From: Spirochaetia bacterium
Lineage (GTDB): Bacteria > Spirochaetota > Spirochaetia > SZUA-6 > Bin103
Assembly: GCA_965208575.1 (NCBI GenBank)
Contig: CBDBOV010000004.1
Location: forward strand, 448,001 to 512,000
DNA: 64,000 nt
Direction of reading: 5' to 3'
Shown here piece by piece: positions 39,715 through 50,189 of this stretch; position 1 is the stretch's first letter; each line of letters opens with the position of its first letter. A model generated the notes under the pieces. The model did no database searches, was not told the DNA's origin, and saw nothing but the letters and a program-made list of their open reading frames with translations. A program made the position numbers and the translations under genes.

Positions 39715-41700
39715 ATGAAGCCGATTTCCCTGATCGTGGGTGTGTTGACCTGCCTTGCCGCGCCGCTTGCCGTTGCCGGGGGCGACGGAGATACCGACGA
39801 CGGCGCCGCCACGGGCGCGGCGTCGGACACGCGCTACAAGGAGGCGCCGATGCTGGCCGCGCTGGTGGCCGCGGGCGAACTGCCGCCGGTCGACGAGAGA
39901 CTCCCGGAGGTTCCGGCACTGTTCGAGCCGCTGGAGGCGGTCGGGAAGTATGGCGGTACACTGAATTCCTTCTCCATGGACGCCAATCCCTGGCACGACC
40001 TGGGCGACGAACCGGAGCGTGGCGGGTACCTGGGCAACTTCGCCGCCGACAACCAGACCGTGGTCGGCAATCTGGCTCAAACCGTGGAATACAGCGACGA
40101 CCGGACAACCATCACCGTGGGGCTGCGGCGTGGCGCCAAGTGGTCCGACGGAGCGCCGTTTACTGCCGACGACATCCTGTTCATGTTTCACGACATGCAC
40201 TGGAACGAAGGGGTCACCACCTGGGGTGGCTCGGCATTCGTCAAGGATGTGCGCAAATTGGACGACTTCACCGTCGTCTACGAGGCCGATCTGGAAAGCC
40301 CTTCACCGATCATGTACTACCAGATGGGGCAGTGGTTTACCAGCGACTGGCAGGGCTACCATCCGAAGCATTACCTGGAGCAATACCACATCGAGTACAA
40401 TCCGGATGCCGACACGCTGGCCAAGGAGCAGGGCTTCGAAGACTGGACCAAACTGCTGCACAGCCACTACTGGTGGAGTCCGATGAACGACGTCGAAAAG
40501 CCGACCATGCAGCCGTGGATGTTCACCCAGATCGATACCACGGTCAAGGTGTTCGAACGCAACCCGTATTACTGGAAGGTCGACGCCGAGGGACAGCAGC
40601 TTCCGTACGTCGACCGGATCCTCAACACGATCATCGACTCGGAGTTGTACGACGTCAAGATCGTCACCGGCGAGGCGGATTTCGCCTGGATGAACACGTC
40701 GTTCGAAAACATCACCCTGTACAAGGAGAGCGAACAAGAGGGCGACTACCGGGTCGTACTGCTACCCGGCTTTCACGGATCGGAAGCGATCTTCGGTATC
40801 AACCTGAACCACTCCGATCCGGTGGAGCGGGAGATCAACAACGACATCAGGTTCCGGCAGGCGCTGTCTCTCGCCATCAACCGCGACGAGATCAACGAAG
40901 TGGTGTACTCCGGGCAGGCTGTGCCGCGGCAGGCGACCATATTGCCGTCGGTCAGCTACTTCAAGCCGGAATGGGCGGAGTCATTCGCCGAGTACGATCC
41001 GGACCGCGCGAATGCTCTGCTCGACGAGATGGGTCTGACCGAGCGCGACAGGAACGGCATCCGCCTGCGTCCGGATGGCAAGCCGGTACACCTGGTCATA
41101 GAGACCGCCGTGAGCGTCGGCGCCACCATATCGAGCAAGCTGTTCGAATTGGTGCAGGAGTACTGGAAGGCGTTGGGTTTCGAAGTCACGATCAAGTTTC
41201 AGGAAGCAGCCTTGTGGACCCAGCGGCGCGACTCGCCCGAACATGGTGTCATGGTGGCTCCGCTGTACTTCTCCACCGAGGTTTTCGCCTACACGGAACC
41301 GTACTACAACGTGAGTCGGCGCCAGAAGGATGTTTCCTGGGGCGTCGAGTGGCGCCGGTGGTTGACCGCGCACTACGCCATCGAAGCGGGCACGGCCACG
41401 CTGGACGATTACGAGGGCGGCAAGATGCCCGGTGAGGAGCCCCCCGACTGGGTAATGGACCTGGAGAATTGGGACCGGGAGTCTCAGAAGCATCTGCTCG
41501 GGTCACCGGAGTACAACTCGTTGCGCCAGAAGGTACACGATTGGCACGCCAGGAACCTGGTGGTCATCGGCACCGTCGGGATGGTCCCCGTTCCGCTGAT
41601 CGCCAAGAACAGCCTCGGCAACGTGCCGACCGAGTTCCTGCCCTGGATGGGCTGGCGCGGTGATCTGAACTACTTCGCCGAGGGGTTGTACTTCAAGTAG
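39715..41700 (+). CDS. ABC substrate-binding protein, family 5
   Basis: YKEAPMLAALVAAGELPPVDERLP, KWSDG, RNPYYWKVD; AAGGAG SD; TTGACA at 39618. Confidence 0.95.
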   Translation: MKPISLIVGVLTCLAAPLAVAGGDGDTDDGAATGAASDTRYKEAPMLAALVAAGELPPVDERLPEVPALFEPLEAVGKYGGTLNSFSMDANPWHDLGDEPERGGYLGNFAADNQTVVGNLAQTVEYSDDRTTITVGLRRGAKWSDGAPFTADDILFMFHDMHWNEGVTTWGGSAFVKDVRKLDDFTVVYEADLESPSPIMYYQMGQWFTSDWQGYHPKHYLEQYHIEYNPDADTLAKEQGFEDWTKLLHSHYWWSPMNDVEKPTMQPWMFTQIDTTVKVFERNPYYWKVDAEGQQLPYVDRILNTIIDSELYDVKIVTGEADFAWMNTSFENITLYKESEQEGDYRVVLLPGFHGSEAIFGINLNHSDPVEREINNDIRFRQALSLAINRDEINEVVYSGQAVPRQATILPSVSYFKPEWAESFAEYDPDRANALLDEMGLTERDRNGIRLRPDGKPVHLVIETAVSVGATISSKLFELVQEYWKALGFEVTIKFQEAALWTQRRDSPEHGVMVAPLYFSTEVFAYTEPYYNVSRRQKDVSWGVEWRRWLTAHYAIEAGTATLDDYEGGKMPGEEPPDWVMDLENWDRESQKHLLGSPEYNSLRQKVHDWHARNLVVIGTVGMVPVPLIAKNSLGNVPTEFLPWMGWRGDLNYFAEGLYFK

Positions 41701-41828
41701 AAGGCTTCACGTAGAGCGCACAGCACTTCAAGTAGAAGCGCAAGCGCAAAGGAAGTCTTCCTGAGAGTGCGAGCTGCGGGCACCGTTCCGGGGTCTGCGG
41801 CTCGCGTCTTTTGGCAGGCAGAGGAACC

Positions 41829-42833
41829 ATGCTGAGTTACATCATTCGTCGCATCATCTACATGATCGTCGTGCTCCTGGTCCTGTCCGTGGTGTCGTTC
41901 TTCATCATCCAGCTTCCTCCGGGTGACTTCCTGACCGCGTTCATCGAGAACATGCGCGCCCAGGGGACGGTGGTGGGCGAAGAACAGATCCTGTTGCTCA
42001 AGACGTACTACGGACTCGATCGGCCGATGTACCTGCAATACCTCAGGTGGCTCGGCAACCTGCTGCAGGGCGACCTGGGGCAATCGTTCCAGTGGAACCA
42101 GCCGGTCACCGAGCTGATCAAGGAGCGCTTGGCGCTCACCGTGACCATCTCCCTGATCTCGCTCGTCCTGACCTATCTGATTGCGATCCCGATCGGCATC
42201 TACTCGGCCACCCACCAATACTCGTTCGGCGACTACGCGTTCACGGTGTTCGGCTTCATGGGGCTGGCAACGCCCAATTTCCTGCTCGCGCTGGTGCTCA
42301 TGTTCCTGCTGTACAAGTACGCCGGGTGGAGCGTCGGCGGGCTGTTCTCGCCGGAGTACGTGGTCGCACCCTGGAGCCTGGGGAAGGTGGTGGATCTGCT
42401 CAAACATCTGCCGATTCCGCTGGTGGTCATCAGCACGGCCGGCACCGCCTGGACGATCCGGGTGATGCGCGGCTGTCTGCTCGACGAGCTGAAGAAACAG
42501 TACGTTATTACCGCCCGCTCCAAGGGCCTTACTGAGCGTTCCCTGCTGATGAAATACCCGATCCGGATCGCCATCAACCCGGTGATCAGCACCATCGGCG
42601 GGTTGCTGCCGACCATCATTTCGGGAGCCACCCTGACCTCGATCGTGATCAGCCTGCCCACCATCGGACCGCTGCTGCTGCGCGCGTTGCGGGCCCAGGA
42701 CATGTTCCTTGCCGGCAGCATGCTGATGCTGCTCAGCGCCCTCGGCATCATCGGCAATCTGATCTCCGACATGCTGCTGGTGGCGATCGACCCCCGCATC
42801 AGGTTCGAGAACCAGGCACAGGTGCGTTCATGA
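41829..42833 (+). CDS. ABC permease (DppB type)
   Basis: IIQLPPGDF, YVITARSKG, DPRIRF. Confidence 0.95.
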   Translation: MLSYIIRRIIYMIVVLLVLSVVSFFIIQLPPGDFLTAFIENMRAQGTVVGEEQILLLKTYYGLDRPMYLQYLRWLGNLLQGDLGQSFQWNQPVTELIKERLALTVTISLISLVLTYLIAIPIGIYSATHQYSFGDYAFTVFGFMGLATPNFLLALVLMFLLYKYAGWSVGGLFSPEYVVAPWSLGKVVDLLKHLPIPLVVISTAGTAWTIRVMRGCLLDELKKQYVITARSKGLTERSLLMKYPIRIAINPVISTIGGLLPTIISGATLTSIVISLPTIGPLLLRALRAQDMFLAGSMLMLLSALGIIGNLISDMLLVAIDPRIRFENQAQVRS

Positions 42834-43957
42834 CCTCGGAGGCCGCCGCGCCCGCATCGGTCGACAACGCCGCGGAAGAAGCCTACTTCACCGCTTCCAG
42901 TTGGGCCCTGATGCGGCGCAACCTGCTCAAGCACCGGCTGGCGATTCTCGGCGGCTCGGTGCTGGCCCTGCTGTACCTGACCGGCGCCATCGCGCCCGGA
43001 TTCTTCTCCGCGTACGATACCCTGCAGCGCAACAACGACTTCATTCTGGCGCCGCCGCAGCGGATCCGCGTACTGCACGAGGGCCGGCCCCACCGTCCGT
43101 TCGTCTACGGCCTCGAAACGACGCGCGATCCGGAGACCTTCCGCCGCATCTACGTCGCCGACAAGGAGGCGGTGTACCCGATCCGTTTCCTGGTGCGGGG
43201 CGCCGACTACAAGCTGTTCGGATTCGTCCCCACCAACATCCGCCTGCTGGGAGTGGCGGAACCCGGCGTATTGTTCCTGTTCGGCACCGACGAGCTGGGC
43301 CGCGACATGTATTCCCGCACGCTCCACGGTGCGCGCATATCGCTGACCATCGGCCTGGTGGGTGTCGCGATCAGCTTCATCCTCGGCTGCCTGCTGGGCG
43401 GCATTTCCGGCTACTTCGGCGGCGCGGCGGACATGTTCATCCAACGCGTAATCGAGTTCTTCAGTTCGATCCCGACGCTACCGCTGTGGATGGCGCTGGC
43501 GGCCGCCGTACCGACCGCGTGGCCGCCGATACGCATCTACTTCATGATCACCGTGATTCTCTCGATAGTCGGGTGGACCGGGTTGGCGCGCGTGGTGCGG
43601 GGCAAGATGCTGCAACTCCGGGAAGAGGACTACGTGCTGTCGGCAAAGATCTCCAACACCGGCGAAATGCGCATCATCGGCAAGCACCTGCTGCCGGGGT
43701 TCATGACCTACCTGATCGTCCACCTGACCCTGGCGGTACCGTCGATGATCCTGGGCGAGACCGCGCTGAGCTTCATCGGCATCGGGCTGCGGCCGCCGGC
43801 GGTGAGTTGGGGCGTGCTGCTGCAGCAGGCGCAGAACATCAGGTCCGTGGCGCTGAGCCCCTGGCTGCTGACTCCCGCCCTGTTCGTGGTGGCGACCGTG
43901 CTGTGCTTCAACTTCCTCGGCGACGGCCTGCGGGACGCGGCGGATCCGTACAAGTAG
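42830..43957 (+). CDS. ABC permease (DppC type)
   Basis: FGTDELGRD, ETALSFIG, GDGLRDAADPY. Confidence 0.95.
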   Translation: MTSEAAAPASVDNAAEEAYFTASSWALMRRNLLKHRLAILGGSVLALLYLTGAIAPGFFSAYDTLQRNNDFILAPPQRIRVLHEGRPHRPFVYGLETTRDPETFRRIYVADKEAVYPIRFLVRGADYKLFGFVPTNIRLLGVAEPGVLFLFGTDELGRDMYSRTLHGARISLTIGLVGVAISFILGCLLGGISGYFGGAADMFIQRVIEFFSSIPTLPLWMALAAAVPTAWPPIRIYFMITVILSIVGWTGLARVVRGKMLQLREEDYVLSAKISNTGEMRIIGKHLLPGFMTYLIVHLTLAVPSMILGETALSFIGIGLRPPAVSWGVLLQQAQNIRSVALSPWLLTPALFVVATVLCFNFLGDGLRDAADPYK

Positions 43958-43973
43958 CCTCCCCTGACCGCGA

Positions 43974-45179
43974 TCAGTCGGCGTACGGGTCTGCCGCATC
44001 ACGGAGCCCATCCCCCACGAAATTGAAGGCGAGAACCGTGGCGATCACGAACAGCCCGGGAATCATCAGCCACGGCGCCAACGCCAGCGTATGGACGTTC
44101 TGGGCCGCCTTCAACAGCACACCCCAGCTAATCGCAGGCGCCTGCATGCCCAGCCCGAGGAAGCTGAGCGACGTCTCGGCCAGAATCATGCCGGGGATGG
44201 TGAGGGTGAGCGCGGCGATGATATGGCTCAAGAACGACGGCACCATGTGAATGAAGATGATCGGCATATCACGCCGACCGGCGATCCGGGCGGCCACCAC
44301 GAAGTCGGATTCGCGCAGCGCCAGGAACTTGCCCCGCACCACGCGCGCCAGAGTGGTCCATCCGAGCAGCGAGAGGATGATGGTAATGGCCAGGTAGGTC
44401 TGTGCCACCGGCCAGCCGCGGGGCAACGCTGCGCTCAGACCCATCCACAGCGGCAAACTGGGAATCGAAATGAGGAGGTCGATGAGGCGGTTCACCACCT
44501 CGTCCACGGTACCGCCGAAGTAGCCGGCCACCCCGCCGATCAGGATGCCCAGGAAGAAGCTGATGGCCACTCCAACCAGCCCGATCGACAGTGAGATCTG
44601 CGCTCCGTGCAGGGTGCGCGCGAGCACGTCGCGGCCCAGAGCGTCGGCCCCGAACAGGTGCACCGGGACCCCCTCGACGCCGGTGCCGAACAGGTGGACC
44701 TGCATCGGGACCAGGCCGAACAGGCGGTAGTCGTATCCCTGGACGAAGAGACGGATCGGGTAGATCCGTGAACGGTCTGCCCGGTACACGGTCTTGTAGG
44801 TCTCGCGGTCCTTTTCCCCGATCAAGGCGTAGACGAAGGGTCCTCGCAGGCGCCCATCCGCGAACAGGCGCACCCGCTGCGGCGGTGCTTCACGGTAGGC
44901 GACGTTCCTCTGCGTGGGGTCGTGCGGGCTCAGGAAGGGGGCGAACAGCGCGGCAAGGTACATCACCACCAGCACCACCGACCCGATGATGGCCAGCCGG
45001 TGCCTGAGGAAGCGACGCCGCATGAGCTGCCACTGCGAGGCGAAGTCGTCCCTGTTTTCTGCTGCCTCGTCCCCGCCGCCCTCCGGGCGAGGCGATACGG
45101 CAGGGGGAAACGGGCGCCGGATGCGCAGTCTTACTTCACGACCCGCCTCGGCGCCTGCCGCGCCGCCGTTCGCGGCCAC
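43974..45179 (-). CDS. ABC permease (DppC type)
   Basis: FGADALGRD, ETSLSFLG, GDGLRDAADPY; GTG at 45179 right after the upstream stop. Confidence 0.92.
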   Translation of the reverse strand: MAANGGAAGAEAGREVRLRIRRPFPPAVSPRPEGGGDEAAENRDDFASQWQLMRRRFLRHRLAIIGSVVLVVMYLAALFAPFLSPHDPTQRNVAYREAPPQRVRLFADGRLRGPFVYALIGEKDRETYKTVYRADRSRIYPIRLFVQGYDYRLFGLVPMQVHLFGTGVEGVPVHLFGADALGRDVLARTLHGAQISLSIGLVGVAISFFLGILIGGVAGYFGGTVDEVVNRLIDLLISIPSLPLWMGLSAALPRGWPVAQTYLAITIILSLLGWTTLARVVRGKFLALRESDFVVAARIAGRRDMPIIFIHMVPSFLSHIIAALTLTIPGMILAETSLSFLGLGMQAPAISWGVLLKAAQNVHTLALAPWLMIPGLFVIATVLAFNFVGDGLRDAADPYAD

Positions 45180-45181
45180 CC

Positions 45182-46177
45182 TCAGGCCGCCTGCTTCGCG
45201 TATCGTATCCGCGGATCGAGCAGCACGAGGAGACAATCGGAAAGCAACGTGCCCACGACGGTGAGGATGCTCAGCAGCATGATGAAACTGCCGGCCAGGA
45301 ACATGTCCTGCGACAGCAGCGCGCCGACCAGGAACGGGCCGGTGGTGGGCAGGTTGAGCACGATGGCGGTGATGGTGGCCCCCGATATCAGCGTCGGCAG
45401 GGTCCAGCCCACGGTGCTGATGAACGGGTTGAGTGCCACGCGGACGGGGTACTTCATGATCAACGTGGTCTCGGTCAGCCCCTTGGCGCGCGCCGTGACG
45501 ACATACTGCTTGCGCAGCTCGTCGAGCAGATTGGCGCGCATGATTCGCACCAACCCGGCGGTGCCCGCCGTGCCGAGCACGACCGTCGGGATCCACAGGT
45601 GCGCGAGCAGGTCCACGACCTTGGCGAACGACCACGGCGCCTCCCGGTACTCGAGCGAGAACAGGCCGCCGATGTCGAGGCCGAGGTAACGAAACGACAC
45701 GTACATCAAGATGAGTGCGAGCAGGAAGTTGGGCGTGGCGAGTCCAATGTAGCTGAAGAACGTGGCGGTATGGTCACCCCATGAGTACTGCCGCACCGCG
45801 GAGTAGATGCCCACCGGAAACGCCACTATCCAGACGAACAGCAGCGACGAGACCGCGATGACGAAGGTCAGGGCAATTCGCTCTCCCACCAGCTCGTTTA
45901 CCGGTGCGTTCCATACGAACGACCTTCCCATGTCGCCCTGCACGAACCTGCTGATCCAGTGGACGTATTGCAGCACGGGCGGCTTGTCGAGTCCGTACTG
46001 CCGCCTGAGTTCATCGACCAGGTCGTCGGTGATTTCGACACCGCGCTGTTCGAGCGCAATAAGCGTGGCGGTCAACAGATCACCCGGGGGAAGCTGGATG
46101 ATGATGAAAGAAACGACAGAGATGAGCCACAACACGATCAACATGTTGATGACTCTTCTGGTCAGCCAACGAATCAT
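45182..46177 (-). CDS. ABC permease (DppB type)
   Basis: IIQLPPGD, YVVTARAKG, DPRIRY. Confidence 0.95.
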   Translation of the reverse strand: MIRWLTRRVINMLIVLWLISVVSFIIIQLPPGDLLTATLIALEQRGVEITDDLVDELRRQYGLDKPPVLQYVHWISRFVQGDMGRSFVWNAPVNELVGERIALTFVIAVSSLLFVWIVAFPVGIYSAVRQYSWGDHTATFFSYIGLATPNFLLALILMYVSFRYLGLDIGGLFSLEYREAPWSFAKVVDLLAHLWIPTVVLGTAGTAGLVRIMRANLLDELRKQYVVTARAKGLTETTLIMKYPVRVALNPFISTVGWTLPTLISGATITAIVLNLPTTGPFLVGALLSQDMFLAGSFIMLLSILTVVGTLLSDCLLVLLDPRIRYAKQAA

Positions 46178-46272
46178 GGCAGTCCCTGCTCAGGAACGAA
46201 ACGAGCCGCACCTCCGAACGAAAGTGCGGCTGCTGCTGACCAGTGCCAAGCGGCGCTGGACGACAGGATAGG

Positions 46273-48333
46273 CTATTCGCGGATGAACCACTGAGCCGGT
46301 GTCGTGTTTACCCAGAGAACGGTTTCCCACGCGAACGGCAGCGTCTCGGGCACATTGTGAATTCTGTTGTTGATCAGGATCGGACGCAGCGCATATCCGA
46401 CCGTGCCGATCACCGGAATGAGCTCCGCCTGCATCGCCCAGTACTCCCTGCCGAACCGGTTGAACTCGGCATCGCTCTGGGCACTGACCCATGCGTTCTT
46501 CGTCTCGACGAATTTCTTCCACTTCTCCGGTGGTTCTTGCCCGCGTGCCGGCTCGTCGCCTTTGCGGCCGGCGTCAACCCAGTACTGGTAGCTCGTCCAG
46601 TCCCGCCAATTCAGCGCGTAGCCGGTTGCACCGGTCGTGAAGTTGCCGGGGACGGAGACCCGCGTCGGCATGTAGCCCTCGGCAACACCGACATGGACAT
46701 CGAGCTGGTTGGCATCGCGCAACTCGCGGTTGAGGTCCGAGGAGATTTGCCGGTAATCGGTCCTGATACCGACTTCCTGCCAATACTCGGCGACCAGCTC
46801 GGTGGTGCTGAAGCCCATGGTTCCCATGACCGATGAAGTATTGATGTTCAACTCGATCAGGAACGGCTCACCGCCGGGGCCTTCGCGGAAACCGTCGCCA
46901 TCGACATCGCGCAGATCCAACTCATCGAGGAGCCGCATCGCGCGCTCGGGATCGTAATCCGCATAGGCTCTGGCCCAGGAGGGATCATAGAACTCCGCTG
47001 CCGAAGTCACGGTGAACTGCTGCGGCGTGGCCAGGCCCTGGAACGCGAACTCATTGATCTCTTCTCGATTGATGGCCAGCGACATGGCGTGCCGGAAACG
47101 ATCGTCCTGGAAAATCGCGGCCTTGACCGGGTCTTCGATGTTGAGGTTGAACCCGTAGACCACGCGGCCCGTCTTCGTATCCTGCCACTCCCGGATGCTG
47201 TAATCGCCAATCCCCTCGTTCTCCTTGTACAGCGGAAAGTCAGCGGGATTCATCAAGCGACCGCCGATATCGATCGAGCCCTGCATCATGTTGAGGATGG
47301 CCACCTCGGAATCCGCGAAGAACTCGGCGTACAGGCTGTCGATGTAGGGAAGCTGGTTGCCTTCCGTGTCGACCGCCCAATAGTAGGGATTGCGCACGTG
47401 CTGAATGCCGGACGAGTCCCGGCTTTCGATGATCCAGGTGGTCATCTCCGGCTGCACGTAGCTCTGGCTGGGCTGGGTATCGATCGCCGCAAGGAACAGC
47501 GCAGGCCAAGATTCATGGCCCTCCTCCTTGGCCAGCTTCTCCACCTCCGGGTTGAATGCCTTGTGGTAATCTTGCGCCCAGTGCGCGGCGGTGAACAGGA
47601 AGGATTGCCGGGTTCTGAACCAATTCAGATGAGACTTCCACAGGGCTGGCGACACCGGCACCGGAAACGTGATGCGCACGGTATGGTCGTCTATCTTGTT
47701 GAACTTTGAAAGTTCTCCCTCGAATGTCCATCCGCGTGTCACCCAATAATTCACATCGGGGTCTGCCATGACATAGGTGTACATGAACATGATGTCGTCG
47801 GCAGTGAACGGCATGCCGTCGGACCACTTCGCACCCTCGCGCAGATAGATGGTCAGCGTTCGGTTGTCGCTCGAAGCCTCGTATCCCTTGGCCAGCGAAG
47901 GAATGATTTCCGCGCTGCTTGGATCGGCTCGGAACAGAAACACGTGCTTGCCGCGGAGCATGTCACCGTAGTCCCTCGGTCCCTTGCGGGCCACCCGCAG
48001 CTCGCCGCCGTACTCACCGATCTCGCTGTACGGACCGATCACCAGGGGATCGTCCGGAAGCCGCTCCTCTACCGGTGGCAGCTCTCCTTGGGCCACCATC
48101 GCCGCCAACATCGGAGCCTCGCTGAACTCGGTGATGCCGAGCTCGGAAGCAGTCGGGGCCTGCAGCCAGTTGGCAGGCCAGGTGAAACGGCCTCCCACCA
48201 GGACGATATCGGTATCGGCGGTCATCGCCGCCGCCTCTTCGGTGGCGCTCTCCTGCTCGGAACCTGCCGCTACAATTGTTGCACCTGCAACGAAAAAGAG
48301 AACCACCAGACACACAACCAACGATTTTTTCAT
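46273..48333 (-). CDS. ABC substrate-binding protein, family 5
   Basis: Signal peptide, FSEAPMLAAMV..GELPPVEERLP, KWSDG, RNPYYW. Confidence 0.95.
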   Translation of the reverse strand: MKKSLVVCLVVLFFVAGATIVAAGSEQESATEEAAAMTADTDIVLVGGRFTWPANWLQAPTASELGITEFSEAPMLAAMVAQGELPPVEERLPDDPLVIGPYSEIGEYGGELRVARKGPRDYGDMLRGKHVFLFRADPSSAEIIPSLAKGYEASSDNRTLTIYLREGAKWSDGMPFTADDIMFMYTYVMADPDVNYWVTRGWTFEGELSKFNKIDDHTVRITFPVPVSPALWKSHLNWFRTRQSFLFTAAHWAQDYHKAFNPEVEKLAKEEGHESWPALFLAAIDTQPSQSYVQPEMTTWIIESRDSSGIQHVRNPYYWAVDTEGNQLPYIDSLYAEFFADSEVAILNMMQGSIDIGGRLMNPADFPLYKENEGIGDYSIREWQDTKTGRVVYGFNLNIEDPVKAAIFQDDRFRHAMSLAINREEINEFAFQGLATPQQFTVTSAAEFYDPSWARAYADYDPERAMRLLDELDLRDVDGDGFREGPGGEPFLIELNINTSSVMGTMGFSTTELVAEYWQEVGIRTDYRQISSDLNRELRDANQLDVHVGVAEGYMPTRVSVPGNFTTGATGYALNWRDWTSYQYWVDAGRKGDEPARGQEPPEKWKKFVETKNAWVSAQSDAEFNRFGREYWAMQAELIPVIGTVGYALRPILINNRIHNVPETLPFAWETVLWVNTTPAQWFIRE

Positions 48334-48403
48334 GGGACACCCTCCCCCTGTGAAATTCCTGCTCCGACCGATTCACACGGCAGACGTCTATCGCAATCCA
48401 CCC

Positions 48404-48432
48404 AGTATCCTCCCCTCCCCCCGGCATGTCAA
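48404..48432 (-). promoter_or_regulatory. Sigma70-like promoter TTGACA-17-GATACT for the SBP operon
   Basis: Plus-strand TGTCAA at 48427-48432 and AGTATC at 48404-48409. Confidence 0.65.
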
Positions 48433-48462
48433 ACTGTCGTCCGATCTGCCATACTGAGGTCC

Positions 48463-50055
48463 ATGCGGTTCTTCAACACCGAGGGACCGGTCGTCGCTCA
48501 GCGGCACTACTGCATCCCGCCGCTGGAGCGGTTCGATCTCGACGAGGTCCTGGCGCTGATCGGGCGCATGCGCTACTTCGTGCTGCACGCGCCGCGGCAG
48601 ACCGGCAAGACCTCGGCCCTGCTCGCCTTGCGTGATCTGCTCAACAGCGGCGCCGCGGGCGACTACCGCTGCGTGTACGTGAACGTCGAGGCGGCCCAGG
48701 CGGTGCGCGAAGACGTGGGCCGCGCGATGCGCGTGATCGTGGGCGGGCTGGCCTCGCGGGCGCGGCTGCTGGGCGACGGATTCCTGTACGATACCTGGTC
48801 CGACATCGTGGCCCACTTCGGCGACGGCGCCCTCGTGGAGGCCTTGACCCGCTGGTGCGAAGCCGATTCGAAACCGCTGGTGCTGCTGATCGACGAGATC
48901 GACACCCTGATCGGCGACACCCTGATATCGGTGCTGCGCCAGTTGCGCTCGGGCTACGACCAGCGTCCCGAGAGCTTCCCGCATAGCGTGGTGCTGTGCG
49001 GCGTGCGCGACGTGCGCGACTACCGCATCCGTTCCAGCGCGGAGCAGGTCACGATCACGGGCGGCAGCGCCTTCAACATCAAGGCGGGCTCATTGCGCTT
49101 GGGAGAGTTCTCGGAGGCCGAGGTGCGCGCGTTGCTGGCGCAGCATACCGCGGAAACCGGACAGCCGTTCACGGCCGACGCGTTGTATACGGTGTGGCGG
49201 CAGACCCAGGGCCAGCCGTGGCTGGTGAACGCCCTGTGCCAGGAAGTCTGTGACCGCACCGCGACCGGCAGCGGCGAGAGCCCCGCGATCACCGGCGACG
49301 CCATCCTCGACGCGCAGGAGCAGCTCATCCTGAACCGGGTGACGCATCTCGATCAGCTCACCGACAAGCTCCAGGAGGCGCGCGTGCGGCGCGTGATCGA
49401 GCCGCTGCTGAGTGGCGCCAGCGTGGACGAGTCGTCGACCCGCGACCTGGAGTACGTGCGCGACCTCGGCCTCGTTGCCCGTGAGGCGCCGCCGCGCATG
49501 GCCAACCCGATCTACGCCGAGGTGGTGCCCCGAGAGCTCACCTATGCCGTCCAGGAGAAGCTGCTGCAGGATCCGGTGTGGTACGTGGACGCAGACGGCG
49601 GCCTCGACCTGGACAAGCTGCTGGCCGACTTCCAGGGCTTCTTCCGCGAGCACTCCGAGCACTGGGTGGCGCGTTTCGACTACGCCGAGGCGGGGCCGCA
49701 GCTCCTGCTGCAGTCGTTCCTGCAACGAATCGTGAACAGCGGCGGGCGCATCGAGCGCGAGTACGGCCTGGGGCGTGGACGCACCGACCTGCTGATCATC
49801 TGGCCGCGACCAGGCGACGCGGGGCCGCACGCCGCGAGCAGATTCGTGATCGAGTGCAAGGTGCTGCACGGGAGCCTGGAGCGCACGATACGCGAGGGGC
49901 TGCTGCAGACCGCCGAATACATGGACCGGTGCGCGGCGCAGGCGGGCCACCTGGTCATCTTCGACCGTGGCGCCGGCAAACGGTGGGAGGACAAGATCTT
50001 CCGCCGCGACGAACGCACCGAGGACGGGCACCGGATCACGGTTTGGGGGATGTGA
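48463..50055 (+). CDS. AAA-type ATPase with C-terminal PD-(D/E)xK-like domain
   Basis: MRFFNTEGP, APRQTGKT, LLIDEID, IEREYGLGRGRTDL..VIECK; CATACT just upstream suggests leaderless translation. Confidence 0.9.
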   Translation: MRFFNTEGPVVAQRHYCIPPLERFDLDEVLALIGRMRYFVLHAPRQTGKTSALLALRDLLNSGAAGDYRCVYVNVEAAQAVREDVGRAMRVIVGGLASRARLLGDGFLYDTWSDIVAHFGDGALVEALTRWCEADSKPLVLLIDEIDTLIGDTLISVLRQLRSGYDQRPESFPHSVVLCGVRDVRDYRIRSSAEQVTITGGSAFNIKAGSLRLGEFSEAEVRALLAQHTAETGQPFTADALYTVWRQTQGQPWLVNALCQEVCDRTATGSGESPAITGDAILDAQEQLILNRVTHLDQLTDKLQEARVRRVIEPLLSGASVDESSTRDLEYVRDLGLVAREAPPRMANPIYAEVVPRELTYAVQEKLLQDPVWYVDADGGLDLDKLLADFQGFFREHSEHWVARFDYAEAGPQLLLQSFLQRIVNSGGRIEREYGLGRGRTDLLIIWPRPGDAGPHAASRFVIECKVLHGSLERTIREGLLQTAEYMDRCAAQAGHLVIFDRGAGKRWEDKIFRRDERTEDGHRITVWGM

Positions 50056-50189
50056 GCGGCCTCGCGCTTCCCGAGACGACCGAGGAGCTCTACCAGGTGC
50101 TCAAGGCGCTCAAGGACCAGGATCCCCGCGACACGGAGGCCACCGCTCATCCGGCGTGGCCCCGGGCGCGGAGCCGCACGCGGGCTCCC